Assembly (NCBI GenBank): GCA_965248265.1
Contig: CBDFJF010000002.1
Location: forward strand, 2,816,001 to 2,880,000
Origin: Candidatus Latescibacterota bacterium
GTDB taxonomy: Bacteria; Latescibacterota; UBA2968; UBA8231
Direction: 5' to 3'
DNA length: 64,000 bases
Made by a program: the position numbers and the translations under genes. Below are positions 46,621 through 55,934 of this stretch, piece after piece (the first letter of the stretch is position 1; each line of letters begins with the position of its first letter). The notes beneath the pieces were generated by a model. That model worked only from the letters and a program-made list of their open reading frames with translations, did not search any database and was not told the DNA's origin.

Positions 46621-47868
46621 TCATCCATGCCCTTCGAGCGCGGCTCCACACTCTTCGACTCGTGCCATCATGGCCTTGAAGTCGGCGGAGCCATCATCAT
46701 CCCAGTACTCGGTTTTCAACGGCGACACGAAGCTCATCGGCATCAACATGCGGCTCCAGTCCGGACGGACCATGAAGTGTGGGTTTTCAGGGTCCGGTCG
46801 GGTGTAGAGTATCGCTCCGTTGTCGTACTTACAGACGATCAGGAACTTCGGTTTTTTCGTCGGCTCGACCTGCGTGAGGCGCTCCACCTCTTTTATGTCC
46901 AATTCGACACCGAGCCCCGGCCCTTCGGGTACCTGTATGAATCCGTTGATCGGTTCCAACGGCTTCGTCACGAAGCGCTCGCTGGAGACTTCACTGGTGG
47001 CGCTGACGAAGTGGAAGTTCGCTGAGGGGAAGGCCGCCATCATGTGAACGTTCATGGCGCGGGTGATGTCGCTGCCCGTGTTCTGCAGCATGAACGGGCT
47101 CTCACTGGCGGCGAATAGGCCTGCTTTGCGCACGGCATCACCGATTCTCGAATGCCCCAGCATGTAGGCATCAGCGGGCCGGCGGTAGATCTCGTAGGTG
47201 GCCTGGGTCGGGAAATGGTGCAGGACAATGGGCAGCCGTGAGCGTTGGCGGAGCTCGATGTAGCCGTCGACGTTCTCGCCGGGAAGAGGATCCTCGAAGC
47301 AGCCGGCGATTTCGTATTCGGCCAGCCTGTCGAGCAATCCCGGCATGTGATCCTCGGTGCCGTGCATAGTGAAATCGTAGTGCAGCCTGAACCCTTTGGG
47401 CGCCACCTTCTGCATCGCCTCGGTCTGATCGATCACGTTCTCGAACGGGGACAGGTGGAACTTCATCCAGGTGTGGCCCATCGCGGCGTAGGCCTGCACG
47501 GCCGCGGCCATGCGGTCGGGATGCGTGCTAACCGTCCACGCTGCCACCGGTACCCAGGACCGATGTTTCTGGCCGAAGAGTTTGTACACCGGCACCCCGA
47601 CGGCTTTGCCCATGAGGTCGTACATGGCCGTTCCCAACCCGAGGGAGGTCTCGTCGCCGACCCAGTCAAAGGGGTTGGAGCCGATGTACTGGTCCAGTAA
47701 TTCCTGCTCTGGAACCCCCTCGGACTCGCCGAGGCCGATCAAGCCGGTGTCCGTGTGCACGACGTAGATCGTGCGCTGGGTCATGTCGTGATAGTGCAGA
47801 AGTTCATAAGCCCGGGCTTCGTCGTACTGCAGCGTGACCCGGTGGATATCGATGTCGGTGATCTTCAA
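46621..47868 (-). CDS. Mandelate racemase/muconate lactonizing (enolase superfamily) protein
   Basis: TDTGLIGLGE, YDLMGKAVGVPVYKLFG, FEDP, VPEGPGLGVELD. Confidence 0.88.
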   Translation of the reverse strand: MKITDIDIHRVTLQYDEARAYELLHYHDMTQRTIYVVHTDTGLIGLGESEGVPEQELLDQYIGSNPFDWVGDETSLGLGTAMYDLMGKAVGVPVYKLFGQKHRSWVPVAAWTVSTHPDRMAAAVQAYAAMGHTWMKFHLSPFENVIDQTEAMQKVAPKGFRLHYDFTMHGTEDHMPGLLDRLAEYEIAGCFEDPLPGENVDGYIELRQRSRLPIVLHHFPTQATYEIYRRPADAYMLGHSRIGDAVRKAGLFAASESPFMLQNTGSDITRAMNVHMMAAFPSANFHFVSATSEVSSERFVTKPLEPINGFIQVPEGPGLGVELDIKEVERLTQVEPTKKPKFLIVCKYDNGAILYTRPDPENPHFMVRPDWSRMLMPMSFVSPLKTEYWDDDGSADFKAMMARVEECGAALEGHG

Positions 47869-47901
47869 AATCTGATAACCCCTTGGTTGGGTATTAGTTG
47901 T

Positions 47902-49488
47902 CTAGTAACGCACGACGAGCTCGACGTCGGTAAGCTTCAAGGGACTCGCGACTCGCGGATTGCGGTCCTGCACAGCGACCCGAATCGTGTGCTCACCTGG
48001 AGACACCCCGGAATCAGTGAGATCCCAGCGCAGCCAAACCGCGGTGCTGACCTCGCCAATGGTTCGCCATTGCGGCGATGGCAGAAAGGCGCCGCCCGGG
48101 GGCGTGGAGCTGTCGAGCCTGCAATAGTCAATCTGTAGCGGTTCCAGCAATTCTCCGTCCCACCACACCTGTACCGCGTCTTTGTTCGTCCATTCGTCTA
48201 TCCGAATCCGCAGCTGCACCAGAGTCGGCTTGTGGGCGTTGAAGTCTTCGGCGATCTCCAGCGAGACAGTCGGTCCTTCGCCGGTCAACGTTCTGTCGAG
48301 GTCCACAGGCACCTGGCCGTAAATCCGATCGACGCGGAAGGCGCCCCGCCAGGCTCCATCCTTCTGTATGTAACGCTGAGTGGCCGCGTAGATCTTGTCC
48401 TGTGCAGCCAGCGTGTCGGGCGAACCGATCGTCGTCAGCAGTGGCCTCTTGGAATCGCGATTGGCGTGCCAGTTGAAGGCGTAGATTCCCGAGGCGCCGG
48501 CGCGATGGTAGCGGCTGGCGATGGCTTTGGTGCGCAGGCGATCCTTCTCGTCCTGTTCCTCCGGGCCGACGAAGGGGTCGGGGAGATTGCTGTCGAGGCC
48601 GGGGTAGACGGCGACATCGGTTCCTTCACACAGTATGGCGAATCCGGCGACATCGACACTGGCATCTGTTACCGCGTTGCCGGCGGGAATGATGATGTCG
48701 ACGAGACCCTCCTCGATCCAGATGGGGATGTCGTACCCGACCTGTCGGCACATCTCGAGTGATCCCGAGACTCGCGCCGCCAGGTACACCGGGCGGCCGC
48801 GTTCCTCCCCGTAGGCCTCGGTCATCTGGCGGATCGCCCGCTGCAGGTCGGTCAGCAGATAGCGCAGCCGATAGCCCTCGTGGTCGGGGAAGTGGAAGCC
48901 GTGACGCTGCCAGTCCAGTTCGACGCCATCCCAGTCATAGCGCCGGGCGATCTCCTCAACGTGGTTGAAGCGGCGCTCTCTGATTTCGGGAATGGCCATG
49001 TTCCACGACAGGGCAAACCACTCCGAGGTCCGGTCGCCGAGGACCCACTCCGGATGCTCATACCGCAGAGTCTCGACCTTGCCTGCGTTGTGCAGCGCCT
49101 CCAAGTCGGATACCTGGGCGCCGCTGAAGTGATTGTCGTTCATGCGCACGGAGGCGTAGACATCCAGACCCAGTTCGTGCCCCCGGGCGATCAGGCTCTT
49201 CTGCGGATCCTCGCCCCGGTCATACATCTGCAGAATGTTCTCAGTACGATTATAAGCCGCGGCGTTCGGGTAGGGACGTTCCCGTTCCTCGCCGATGAAC
49301 TCCACCACGTCACTGGGCCAGCGCGATCCTCGACCACCACAGCTCCAGAACAGTGCGCCGACCTGGGTCTCCTCGAGAGGCGCGTAGGCCTTGTCGAGAA
49401 ATTCGTCGATTGATTGCGGCGTTGGGGAGTAGCCGTGCGGGGCGCCATCCCAGTTGTAGATGATTCGGTAGCCCGGGGGATTCGGCAT
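47902..49488 (-). CDS. Glycoside hydrolase-like (GHL10-type) protein
   Basis: IIYNWDG, ASVRMNDNH, YDWDGVELDWQRH, WIEEGLVD, GIYAFN. Confidence 0.72.
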   Translation of the reverse strand: MPNPPGYRIIYNWDGAPHGYSPTPQSIDEFLDKAYAPLEETQVGALFWSCGGRGSRWPSDVVEFIGEERERPYPNAAAYNRTENILQMYDRGEDPQKSLIARGHELGLDVYASVRMNDNHFSGAQVSDLEALHNAGKVETLRYEHPEWVLGDRTSEWFALSWNMAIPEIRERRFNHVEEIARRYDWDGVELDWQRHGFHFPDHEGYRLRYLLTDLQRAIRQMTEAYGEERGRPVYLAARVSGSLEMCRQVGYDIPIWIEEGLVDIIIPAGNAVTDASVDVAGFAILCEGTDVAVYPGLDSNLPDPFVGPEEQDEKDRLRTKAIASRYHRAGASGIYAFNWHANRDSKRPLLTTIGSPDTLAAQDKIYAATQRYIQKDGAWRGAFRVDRIYGQVPVDLDRTLTGEGPTVSLEIAEDFNAHKPTLVQLRIRIDEWTNKDAVQVWWDGELLEPLQIDYCRLDSSTPPGGAFLPSPQWRTIGEVSTAVWLRWDLTDSGVSPGEHTIRVAVQDRNPRVASPLKLTDVELVVRY

Positions 49489-49491
49489 CGG

Positions 49492-50157
49492 TCATTCTTC
49501 CGCGCGTGCTCGGTGTCCGTCGTGGAATTGCGGCGAGTCAGCCGGCAGCCGCCGCGCGTTGGCGATCGGACGCTTTGCGACCACGCCGATGCCGGCCTGT
49601 TCAGCCGCTGGCAGCACCTCGTCGAGAGCGGTCTGGTTGAGGATATTGAAGGTCACCTGCACTGCGTCGAAGATGCCCATGGAGATCGCCTGCAGGGCGT
49701 CTTCATCGACGCCGCTATAGCCGATGTAGCGGACCTTGCCCGCATCACGGGCGCGCAGCAGAGCATCGGTGGCCTCGCCGGCACGCAGTATCTCTGCCGA
49801 GCAGGTGTGCAGGAAGACGAGATCCAAACACTGCAGTCCCATCCGCTCGAGCGAGCGATCGATACCGTGCTCGACAACTTCACGCGAATACTCCACGCCC
49901 TCTTCGCCGGGATTGACGCAGCCGCATTTGGTGGCCACGACGAATTCGCCCAGGCGCCCACTGAGGTAGCGGCCGATCATTTTCTCGCTCTGATTATAGC
50001 AGTCGGCAGTGTCGATGAAGGTGATGCCTAGCTCCAGCAGGCTGTCGAACAGGTTTTCAATCTGCTCGAGGGGAGCGCCGTCGCCGATGCTCGCCGCTCC
50101 AAATCCATGACGACTGACCTCGAGGTCGGTGGAACCGAGTTTGGCGTGCCTTTCCAA
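49492..50157 (-). pseudogene. Aldo/keto reductase lacking its C-terminal part
   Basis: LGSTDLEVS, IDTADCY, GKVRYIGYS, KRPIAN, then ends at 221 aa without the ALRF/G..H helix region. Confidence 0.65.
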
Positions 50158-50242
50158 ATCAACAACCTCTCTCTATCATTTTCGCGGAATCTGTGACGGA
50201 AGAGTCGAAGATAGTCCAAGTGTCAGCGCGGTCCCAATGGCA

Positions 50243-50390
50243 TCACAGCCGCCATTTGGTAGCCATCAGGCAGGTCTTTTCACCAGCCTCATCCACTTGA
50301 TAGTAGACCGTCACGATGGAGCCATAAGACAGTTGCGTTGACGCGGGGTACCCCAGATCATCGTCATGCGCGGCTTGGAGGATACGTTGA
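50243..50390 (-). pseudogene. C-terminal remnant of a BNR sialidase-like gene
   Basis: Manual translation DDLGYPASTQLSYGSIVTVYYQVDEAGEKTCLMATKWRL*. Confidence 0.75.
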
Positions 50391-50398
50391 TTGTTCCA

Positions 50399-50721
50399 CA
50401 TCCGGATGATCCGCCAATCCCGGAAAACCGCTTGGGGGCGCTGCCCGCATCATGGTCAGAATCGAAAATTTTCAGCGAGTCTTCGATCTGGTGCCCAGCG
50501 ATGCCTACGGCATCTTGTTCTGCCAGGGCTGCGTAGCCGAGATGGGGGAGAATGTCCTCGAGGCCATTCGCTCCGCCATGGAGGCCTACCGGGATGTTGG
50601 CTTCGACGGGCCAATCATGATGGACCACACGCCCGGTGTTCCCAGCGACCCGTCGGGAATGGCCAGCCGGTCCTATTCCAACGGCTACATCAAGGCGTTG
50701 ATTCAGGCGGTATCTCGGTGA
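50399..50721 (+). pseudogene. uxuA: Mannonate dehydratase remnant
   Basis: HPDDPP, frameshift, FCQG..EMG, EAIR joined directly to AMEAYRDVGFDGPIMMDHTP, GYIKALIQAV; HFRN block and 5' half missing. Confidence 0.82.
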
Positions 50722-51599
50722 GATTCCGGAGGGCGCTCCCTGCTCTCGCACTTCTTGTGGCTGTTCTGGCAGGATGCCGAACAAACGATGTTGGATCCGC
50801 CATCGAAGACTTGTCGAATCCGAAAAGCAGAATTCGCCTGAGGGCAGCCTACGCGTTGATAAGGCATGACTCCTCTGCGGTGGAACCACTCATTCAGTGT
50901 GCTGCCACAGGGTCGGACAGTCTGCAGTACATCAGCGCACAGCTTCTGGGCCAGATCGGTGATCCGCGAGCCCTGCCGGTGTTGAAGACCCTTGCCGGGG
51001 ATTCGAATGAGCACGTGCGACGCGCAGCTCTGGTCGCCCTGGGCAGCATTGCCGATCGAGAGACTGTCGGTTACCTGGCTGTCATTCTTTCTGAGGACAC
51101 ACTCCCCGACCTGCGAGCGGCGGCGGCTGAGGGTCTCGGTGAATCGGGTGATACGCTGGCGATACCGGCGCTGGTCCATGCGTTGGAGGACACGGTGTGG
51201 TCGGTAAGAAAGCAGGCAGTCGTGGCCCTTCACCGGCTATGGACGCCACACGCGGAGGACGCTCTCGCGCGAGTGCTGGTTCAGGACAGTGAAGAGATCG
51301 TGCGTTTCGTCGCGGCTCAGTCTCTGGGCCAGCGTCGGGCCGTCTCAGCCCGAGATGCGTTGCGGGCGGCTCTGAGTGACAGTAGTGTCTGGGTCCGGGC
51401 CGAGGCTGCACGCAGCCTCGGCATGTTGGGTGATGCGACCGTGATTGAAGACCTGACCTTGTTGTTCAAACACGGGGAGGATGGTCCCGATCATGATGCC
51501 GCCCGTGAAGCCCTGCAAAGGCTCAATCACCCGAGTGTTGATGTTGCCGATTCGGAGGCACCGTACTCGCCTCTCGATCAAACTATGCCCGGGAAGTAG
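50718..51599 (+). CDS. HEAT-repeat lipoprotein
   Basis: GTG start overlapping the uxuA stop; lipobox LAGC; repeated L..D....VR..AA..LG. Confidence 0.85.
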   Translation: MRFRRALPALALLVAVLAGCRTNDVGSAIEDLSNPKSRIRLRAAYALIRHDSSAVEPLIQCAATGSDSLQYISAQLLGQIGDPRALPVLKTLAGDSNEHVRRAALVALGSIADRETVGYLAVILSEDTLPDLRAAAAEGLGESGDTLAIPALVHALEDTVWSVRKQAVVALHRLWTPHAEDALARVLVQDSEEIVRFVAAQSLGQRRAVSARDALRAALSDSSVWVRAEAARSLGMLGDATVIEDLTLLFKHGEDGPDHDAAREALQRLNHPSVDVADSEAPYSPLDQTMPGK

Positions 51600-51642
51600 G
51601 GTCAACATCATGGCGAATCCATCACCAGGCGGAGGGAGAAGA

Positions 51643-52356
51643 ATGAGTGTCACGCGAACGGACATCAGCACCAGTCTGAAGTCGATGGGCCTGAAGACCG
51701 GTGACCGCGTCATGGTCCACAGCTCCCTTTCCAGCATCGGCCATGTGAAGGGGGGAGCGCCGACGGTGGTGGAGGCGTTTATCGAAGTGCTGGGACCGAC
51801 CGGTACCCTGATGGTGCCGACATTCACTCACAGCGGCTGCGAGTATTTCGATCCGCTCGTGACTCCTTCCTTGAACGGGGCGATCACGGAAGCGGCCCGG
51901 GCTTATCCCGGAGCGGTGCGCAGCCTTCACCCGACCCATGCGTTGACGGCCATCGGTTCTGATGCCGACGACTTGCTCAAGAATGATCTGAATCGCGGCG
52001 CCTTGGGCAGGGATTGTGGCCTGGACCTGCTGATCAAGAAAGGCGGCTACGTCTTCCTTCTCGGGGTAGACCACAAGTCGAATTCGTCCATCCACATTGG
52101 CGAGGACTACGCCGGGGATGACCGGCACAAGGCGATCTCCCCAGAGAATCCGAAACTCGTCATCCTCAACCATCCTGACCGAGGTGAAGAAGAGATCACG
52201 CTGACAGAGATGATGGGTGGCACCGCCGCCTTCGATCACATGGGAGAAACGCTGCGGGCAAGAGGTCAGCTGATCGAGGGTACAATCGGCGAGGCGACAT
52301 GCCAGCTGATGAAGGGGGACGATATCATCGCCGCGACACTGGACATCCTGAAATGA
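51643..52356 (+). CDS. AAC(3)/YokD-family N-acetyltransferase
   Basis: GDRVMVHSSLSSIG, GTLMVPTFT, RSLHPTH, LLGV..NSSIH. Confidence 0.88.
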   Translation: MSVTRTDISTSLKSMGLKTGDRVMVHSSLSSIGHVKGGAPTVVEAFIEVLGPTGTLMVPTFTHSGCEYFDPLVTPSLNGAITEAARAYPGAVRSLHPTHALTAIGSDADDLLKNDLNRGALGRDCGLDLLIKKGGYVFLLGVDHKSNSSIHIGEDYAGDDRHKAISPENPKLVILNHPDRGEEEITLTEMMGGTAAFDHMGETLRARGQLIEGTIGEATCQLMKGDDIIAATLDILK

Positions 52357-52419
52357 ATAGAGACCCCCCACTCAATCACACATGATACCGGTGCGCCTGA
52401 GAACTCAAAGGAGGCTACA

Positions 52420-53196
52420 ATGACGGGCGATTGGAAATTGGCTTTCGAGCAAAGCAGCGATCTTGAGACGGTTAGCGGCAGCGCTTTGGCTATGGCCGAT
52501 GCTCTTCGCCGCGGTGCCGATCTGCGGCTGTACATGACGACGTCAACGTATGAAGAGACGCTCTACTTCCAGCAGACCTATGCCGGTGAAGGAGAGGCGT
52601 TCGCCGGATTGATGAGCCACCACCACTCCTACGTATGGGACGGAAAGCCATTCGACGAACCCTACGTATGCCTGTTCAAGTACGACGCCTCGGGCAGGCT
52701 TTCCATGGTCAAGTGGTTACTCGGGGACCGGGCCGAGGATCACAGCGCGGCGGGGAACTACGGTGTGTATCGCTGGTTCGTCTGTGACCGCTGGCGGCTG
52801 GTCTATGAGCACGACGAACAGGGCACTTGCGTCGCGGGCGACTTGAGTGAGCTGATGGAGGCGGTCAGAGCTGGACTGTCCATTCGCGTGGGGGTGCGCC
52901 AGCTGTTCGGGCTGAACGAAGACGACGCAGGCGGACCATCCCACCTCAGCTTCTTGACGACCATGCAGCCGATGATTCAGGACGGTCATGTCCTGTCCAA
53001 CTGCGACTTCACCCTGGTCGGGGCACCGCAGTGGCCCTTCGAGTGGAGCGATGGACTGCACATGGCGGTATTGCGGCCGACGACTTCAGGTGAATTCGTC
53101 TGTTTTCTGGCCGAGCCTGGCAAGCTGCCGTTCCAGCGACACATGAGGAGGCGCGCCATGCAATGGATGATAGCTGAGCCTTCAAGCGAAGCTTGA
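52420..53196 (+). CDS. Hypothetical protein with an internally duplicated domain
   Basis: GGAGG RBS; WKLAFEQ..SGS..MADALRRGADLRL and WRLVYEHD..AGD..LMEAVRAGLSIRV. Confidence 0.75.
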   Translation: MTGDWKLAFEQSSDLETVSGSALAMADALRRGADLRLYMTTSTYEETLYFQQTYAGEGEAFAGLMSHHHSYVWDGKPFDEPYVCLFKYDASGRLSMVKWLLGDRAEDHSAAGNYGVYRWFVCDRWRLVYEHDEQGTCVAGDLSELMEAVRAGLSIRVGVRQLFGLNEDDAGGPSHLSFLTTMQPMIQDGHVLSNCDFTLVGAPQWPFEWSDGLHMAVLRPTTSGEFVCFLAEPGKLPFQRHMRRRAMQWMIAEPSSEA

Positions 53197-53201
53197 AGGC
53201 T
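53177..53201. terminator. Hairpin between convergent genes
   Basis: AGCCTTCAAGC-GAA-GCTTGAAGGCT, perfect 11-bp stem; no long U-tract. Confidence 0.5.
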
Positions 53202-53225
53202 TCGTACGAGCGCTAGAGCGCTTCG

Positions 53226-54062
53226 CTACAGAGCGGCCAACCGTTCCGGGGCTTTCCCGATATAGTCGAGGGACTCCAGGTTGGCCAGCATGCCGCGCGG
53301 TTCGAAGGTGAACTCGCCCGGATAGTCGATAGCGGCCAATGTTTCGAAGATCTCGCGCCACTGGAGTTCGTCCCCCTCGACCAGCGGGGGTTGGTGACCA
53401 TCCCCGTCCACGAAGCCCTGCAGGTGGATGTGGCGCAGGTGGCGTCCGCACTTCTCTATGGTTGTCCGTGCCTCGCCGGCTATAGCCATCGGATTGGCAC
53501 CATCCGGTTTGTACTCGTGGCATACGTCGAGGATCATGCCGACGTTGGGAAAATTCAGGTGGTCGAGGAACTTGACGCGATCATCGACCTGGACGCCGGC
53601 CCGGTTGAAGTTTTCCACGGCGATGACGGCAGGCGTTCCCTCGATATGTCGTGCCAGGTCGACGTAGCTCTTCTCCACGACTTCATCCCAATCCGCGGCG
53701 TGACAGCACCAGAAAGTGCCGCCCAGTTCCAGCAGGGTATCGATTTGACGGCGACAGACGTCGACGCGCTCCTCGCGCTGGGCCTCGGTCTCCACGCCAT
53801 TGAAGCTGGTCATGTAGGCGTGATAGGCGGGAACCTCAATGCCGCACCTGCGGCAGATCTCGTCGACGATGCGCATGGAACGCATGTCGCTCAGATCGTA
53901 CTGGTCCTTGCTCTCTACCAGTTCGATACGCCTGATGTTGTTCCGTGTGAGTTCCTGCATCGACTCGTCGCAAAAGGGCCGGTAGCCATTGAATACCAGA
54001 GTGGAAATAGAGGAGCGCTGCCTGATTTCGTCCGCGGTATAGTAACCATTTGTTCCAGCCAT
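53226..54062 (-). CDS. Sugar-phosphate isomerase/epimerase (xylose isomerase-like TIM barrel)
   Basis: IAVEN, LDVCH, HIHLQ, HQPP..G, FTFE. Confidence 0.85.
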   Translation of the reverse strand: MAGTNGYYTADEIRQRSSISTLVFNGYRPFCDESMQELTRNNIRRIELVESKDQYDLSDMRSMRIVDEICRRCGIEVPAYHAYMTSFNGVETEAQREERVDVCRRQIDTLLELGGTFWCCHAADWDEVVEKSYVDLARHIEGTPAVIAVENFNRAGVQVDDRVKFLDHLNFPNVGMILDVCHEYKPDGANPMAIAGEARTTIEKCGRHLRHIHLQGFVDGDGHQPPLVEGDELQWREIFETLAAIDYPGEFTFEPRGMLANLESLDYIGKAPERLAAL

Positions 54063-54181
54063 GTGGGCTCTGTTCTCCTATGCGTGGGTTGCCGGGGCAG
54101 GACAACTGCCCTCTATTTTGTGAAACGTAACTGGTAATCCGATCGAAATACAGCATTCTCGTTTAAGGAAGGTTTTTCTCC

Positions 54182-54335
54182 GTGACAACAACCGATTCGA
54201 CCGCTCCCCTGACTCCGGAGGAGATCCACTTCCGCGAAGCCGCACAAGTCCTCGTCGGCGGCATGTCAGGAGCTGCCCGTGAGAACGCGGCCCTCGGGCG
54301 CCCCATGCTGGCTGTGAGAGGCGACGGTGCGCATC
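54182..54335 (+). pseudogene. Class III aminotransferase N-terminal remnant
   Basis: RBS plus GTG: MTTTDSTAPLTPEEIHFREAAQVLVGGMSGAAR..PMLAVRGDGAH, then lost. Confidence 0.7.
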
Positions 54336-54359
54336 GTTGCATCACATGGCACTGAATAT

Positions 54360-54644
54360 CTGCACCCTGCGCGGAGGCGGACGTGACGATGATAAAGATC
54401 GGCTATTTCGGTTTTACCGACGGCGATGACTACTGGCAGAGGTTGGAGCAGTCACGTACGTCATTGGACGTCTTCGTCCATCTCAGCGAAAAACATGGCG
54501 TCAAAACCTGATATCAAACCCACAGCGGTCAGTGCATCGGTTCGAATTGCGCTGGGCTCATGCATCTGATCCGGGATTTTGACGCCGGCCATCTGGGCTC
54601 GCGAGGACGCCTCGTACCTGAGAGGGCTTGCCCGTGAACGATAA
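54360..54644 (+). pseudogene. Sugar-phosphate isomerase/epimerase remnant
   Basis: CAEADVTMIKIGYF..KHGVKT*YQTHSG..LIRDFD, in-frame TGA at 54509, then jumps to AREDASYLRGLARER*. Confidence 0.7.
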
Positions 54645-54695
54645 CCCCTGCCGGGGTGCCAGCCCTCACATTGCCCCGCACGCACGTACCTGGCC

Positions 54696-55925
54696 GTGGT
54701 GAAGACGGACGTCAGCAGTGACGGGTGGCGGAACGACCCACGGACTCAGCTGTGGTGGTGTAACCTCCTACACATTTTCAACGACGGCTATCTGGCCAGT
54801 CTGGCACTCTTGCTGCCGTTCATGGCAAAGGATCTCGGCCTGAATTACACCCAGTCGGGGCTGATCAAATCTACGACCAGTATTGCCATCAGCGCGGCGC
54901 AGATTCCTGCCGGGCTGGCAGCCGAGCGGATCGGCGAGATCCTGGTTCTGGGATTGGGAACGGCCTGGTTCGGTCTGAGTTACGCCGCCATGCTTCTGGC
55001 CGCGGGCTACCCACTGGTTCTGCTGCTGGCCTTTTCGGCCGGGGCAGGAGGCGGTGCCTATCACCCCGTTGGAACGGCTCTCATAGCCAACATCTTCCCA
55101 CAGGGACGAGCCGGTTCAGCCATCGGCATGCTGAATTGCTTTGGCGATGTGGGCAAGGTGGTTTTTCCCGCCGCTGCCGGCATGCTGGTCGTGGCCGTCG
55201 GTTGGCGTTGGAGCTTTGCTGCACTGGGCGTTGTTGGGGTGCTGGTGTCTCTGCTCTATGTGCTGTTCTATCGCCAGGAGATCGTTGAGAGGCTGCGGCC
55301 GGTGGCGCGGCAGCGACTCGATCAGCAAGATCCTGGTCGCAGGAATCTGCGGCGGTGGTTGTCCCGATGGGGGATCCGCGCCCCGAGGCAATTTGCCCTG
55401 TACACGACCATCGGTTTCGTCGACGTGGCCGTGCGCACGGCGGTCACAGCTTTTCTCGGTTTCGCGCTGATCGAAAGAGGGGCTGCCGACCACCAGCTTG
55501 GCTGGTTGATGTCGCTGACGTTTTTCGGCGGGGCCTGCGGCAAACTCCTGTGCGGGGTCCTGGTGGGTAAGTGGGGATCCAAGTCCGTCATTTTCGTCAC
55601 CGAAATACTGATGATTCTGGGGTGCCTGGCGATGCCCTCGGTGCCCGCGGGGTGGCCGATGCTGGTTTTCCTGCCAGTGTTCGGATTCGTCCTCAACGGC
55701 ACCTCTTCCGTTATCTACATAGGTCTGGCGCCGACCTTCACGCGGGAGCAACGCAGTCGGGGCTACGCACTCTATTACACGACCAACTTCGTTTCGACGG
55801 CGGTGTCGCCGTTCCTGTTCGGAATGGTAGGGGATGTGTTTGGTCTGGGAGCCATATTCCTCAGCGCCGGTCTGGTAATGATGATGGGATTGCCTGTAGT
55901 CTTTTTCGTGCGCGAGGGCTATTAA
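54696..55925 (+). CDS. MFS transporter (FSR-like)
   Basis: About 12 TM segments; HIFNDGY, GLAAERIG, AYHP. Confidence 0.9.
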   Translation: MVKTDVSSDGWRNDPRTQLWWCNLLHIFNDGYLASLALLLPFMAKDLGLNYTQSGLIKSTTSIAISAAQIPAGLAAERIGEILVLGLGTAWFGLSYAAMLLAAGYPLVLLLAFSAGAGGGAYHPVGTALIANIFPQGRAGSAIGMLNCFGDVGKVVFPAAAGMLVVAVGWRWSFAALGVVGVLVSLLYVLFYRQEIVERLRPVARQRLDQQDPGRRNLRRWLSRWGIRAPRQFALYTTIGFVDVAVRTAVTAFLGFALIERGAADHQLGWLMSLTFFGGACGKLLCGVLVGKWGSKSVIFVTEILMILGCLAMPSVPAGWPMLVFLPVFGFVLNGTSSVIYIGLAPTFTREQRSRGYALYYTTNFVSTAVSPFLFGMVGDVFGLGAIFLSAGLVMMMGLPVVFFVREGY

Positions 55926-55934
55926 AAAAAGCCG

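Noticed and set aside
51643-52356. Aminoglycoside resistance gene
   Set aside because: The AAC(3)/YokD fold is widespread with other substrates, and there is no mobile context
54509-54511. In-frame TGA at a likely Cys position as selenocysteine
   Set aside because: It lies in a fragment lacking its 5' end and with an internal deletion; no convincing SECIS follows
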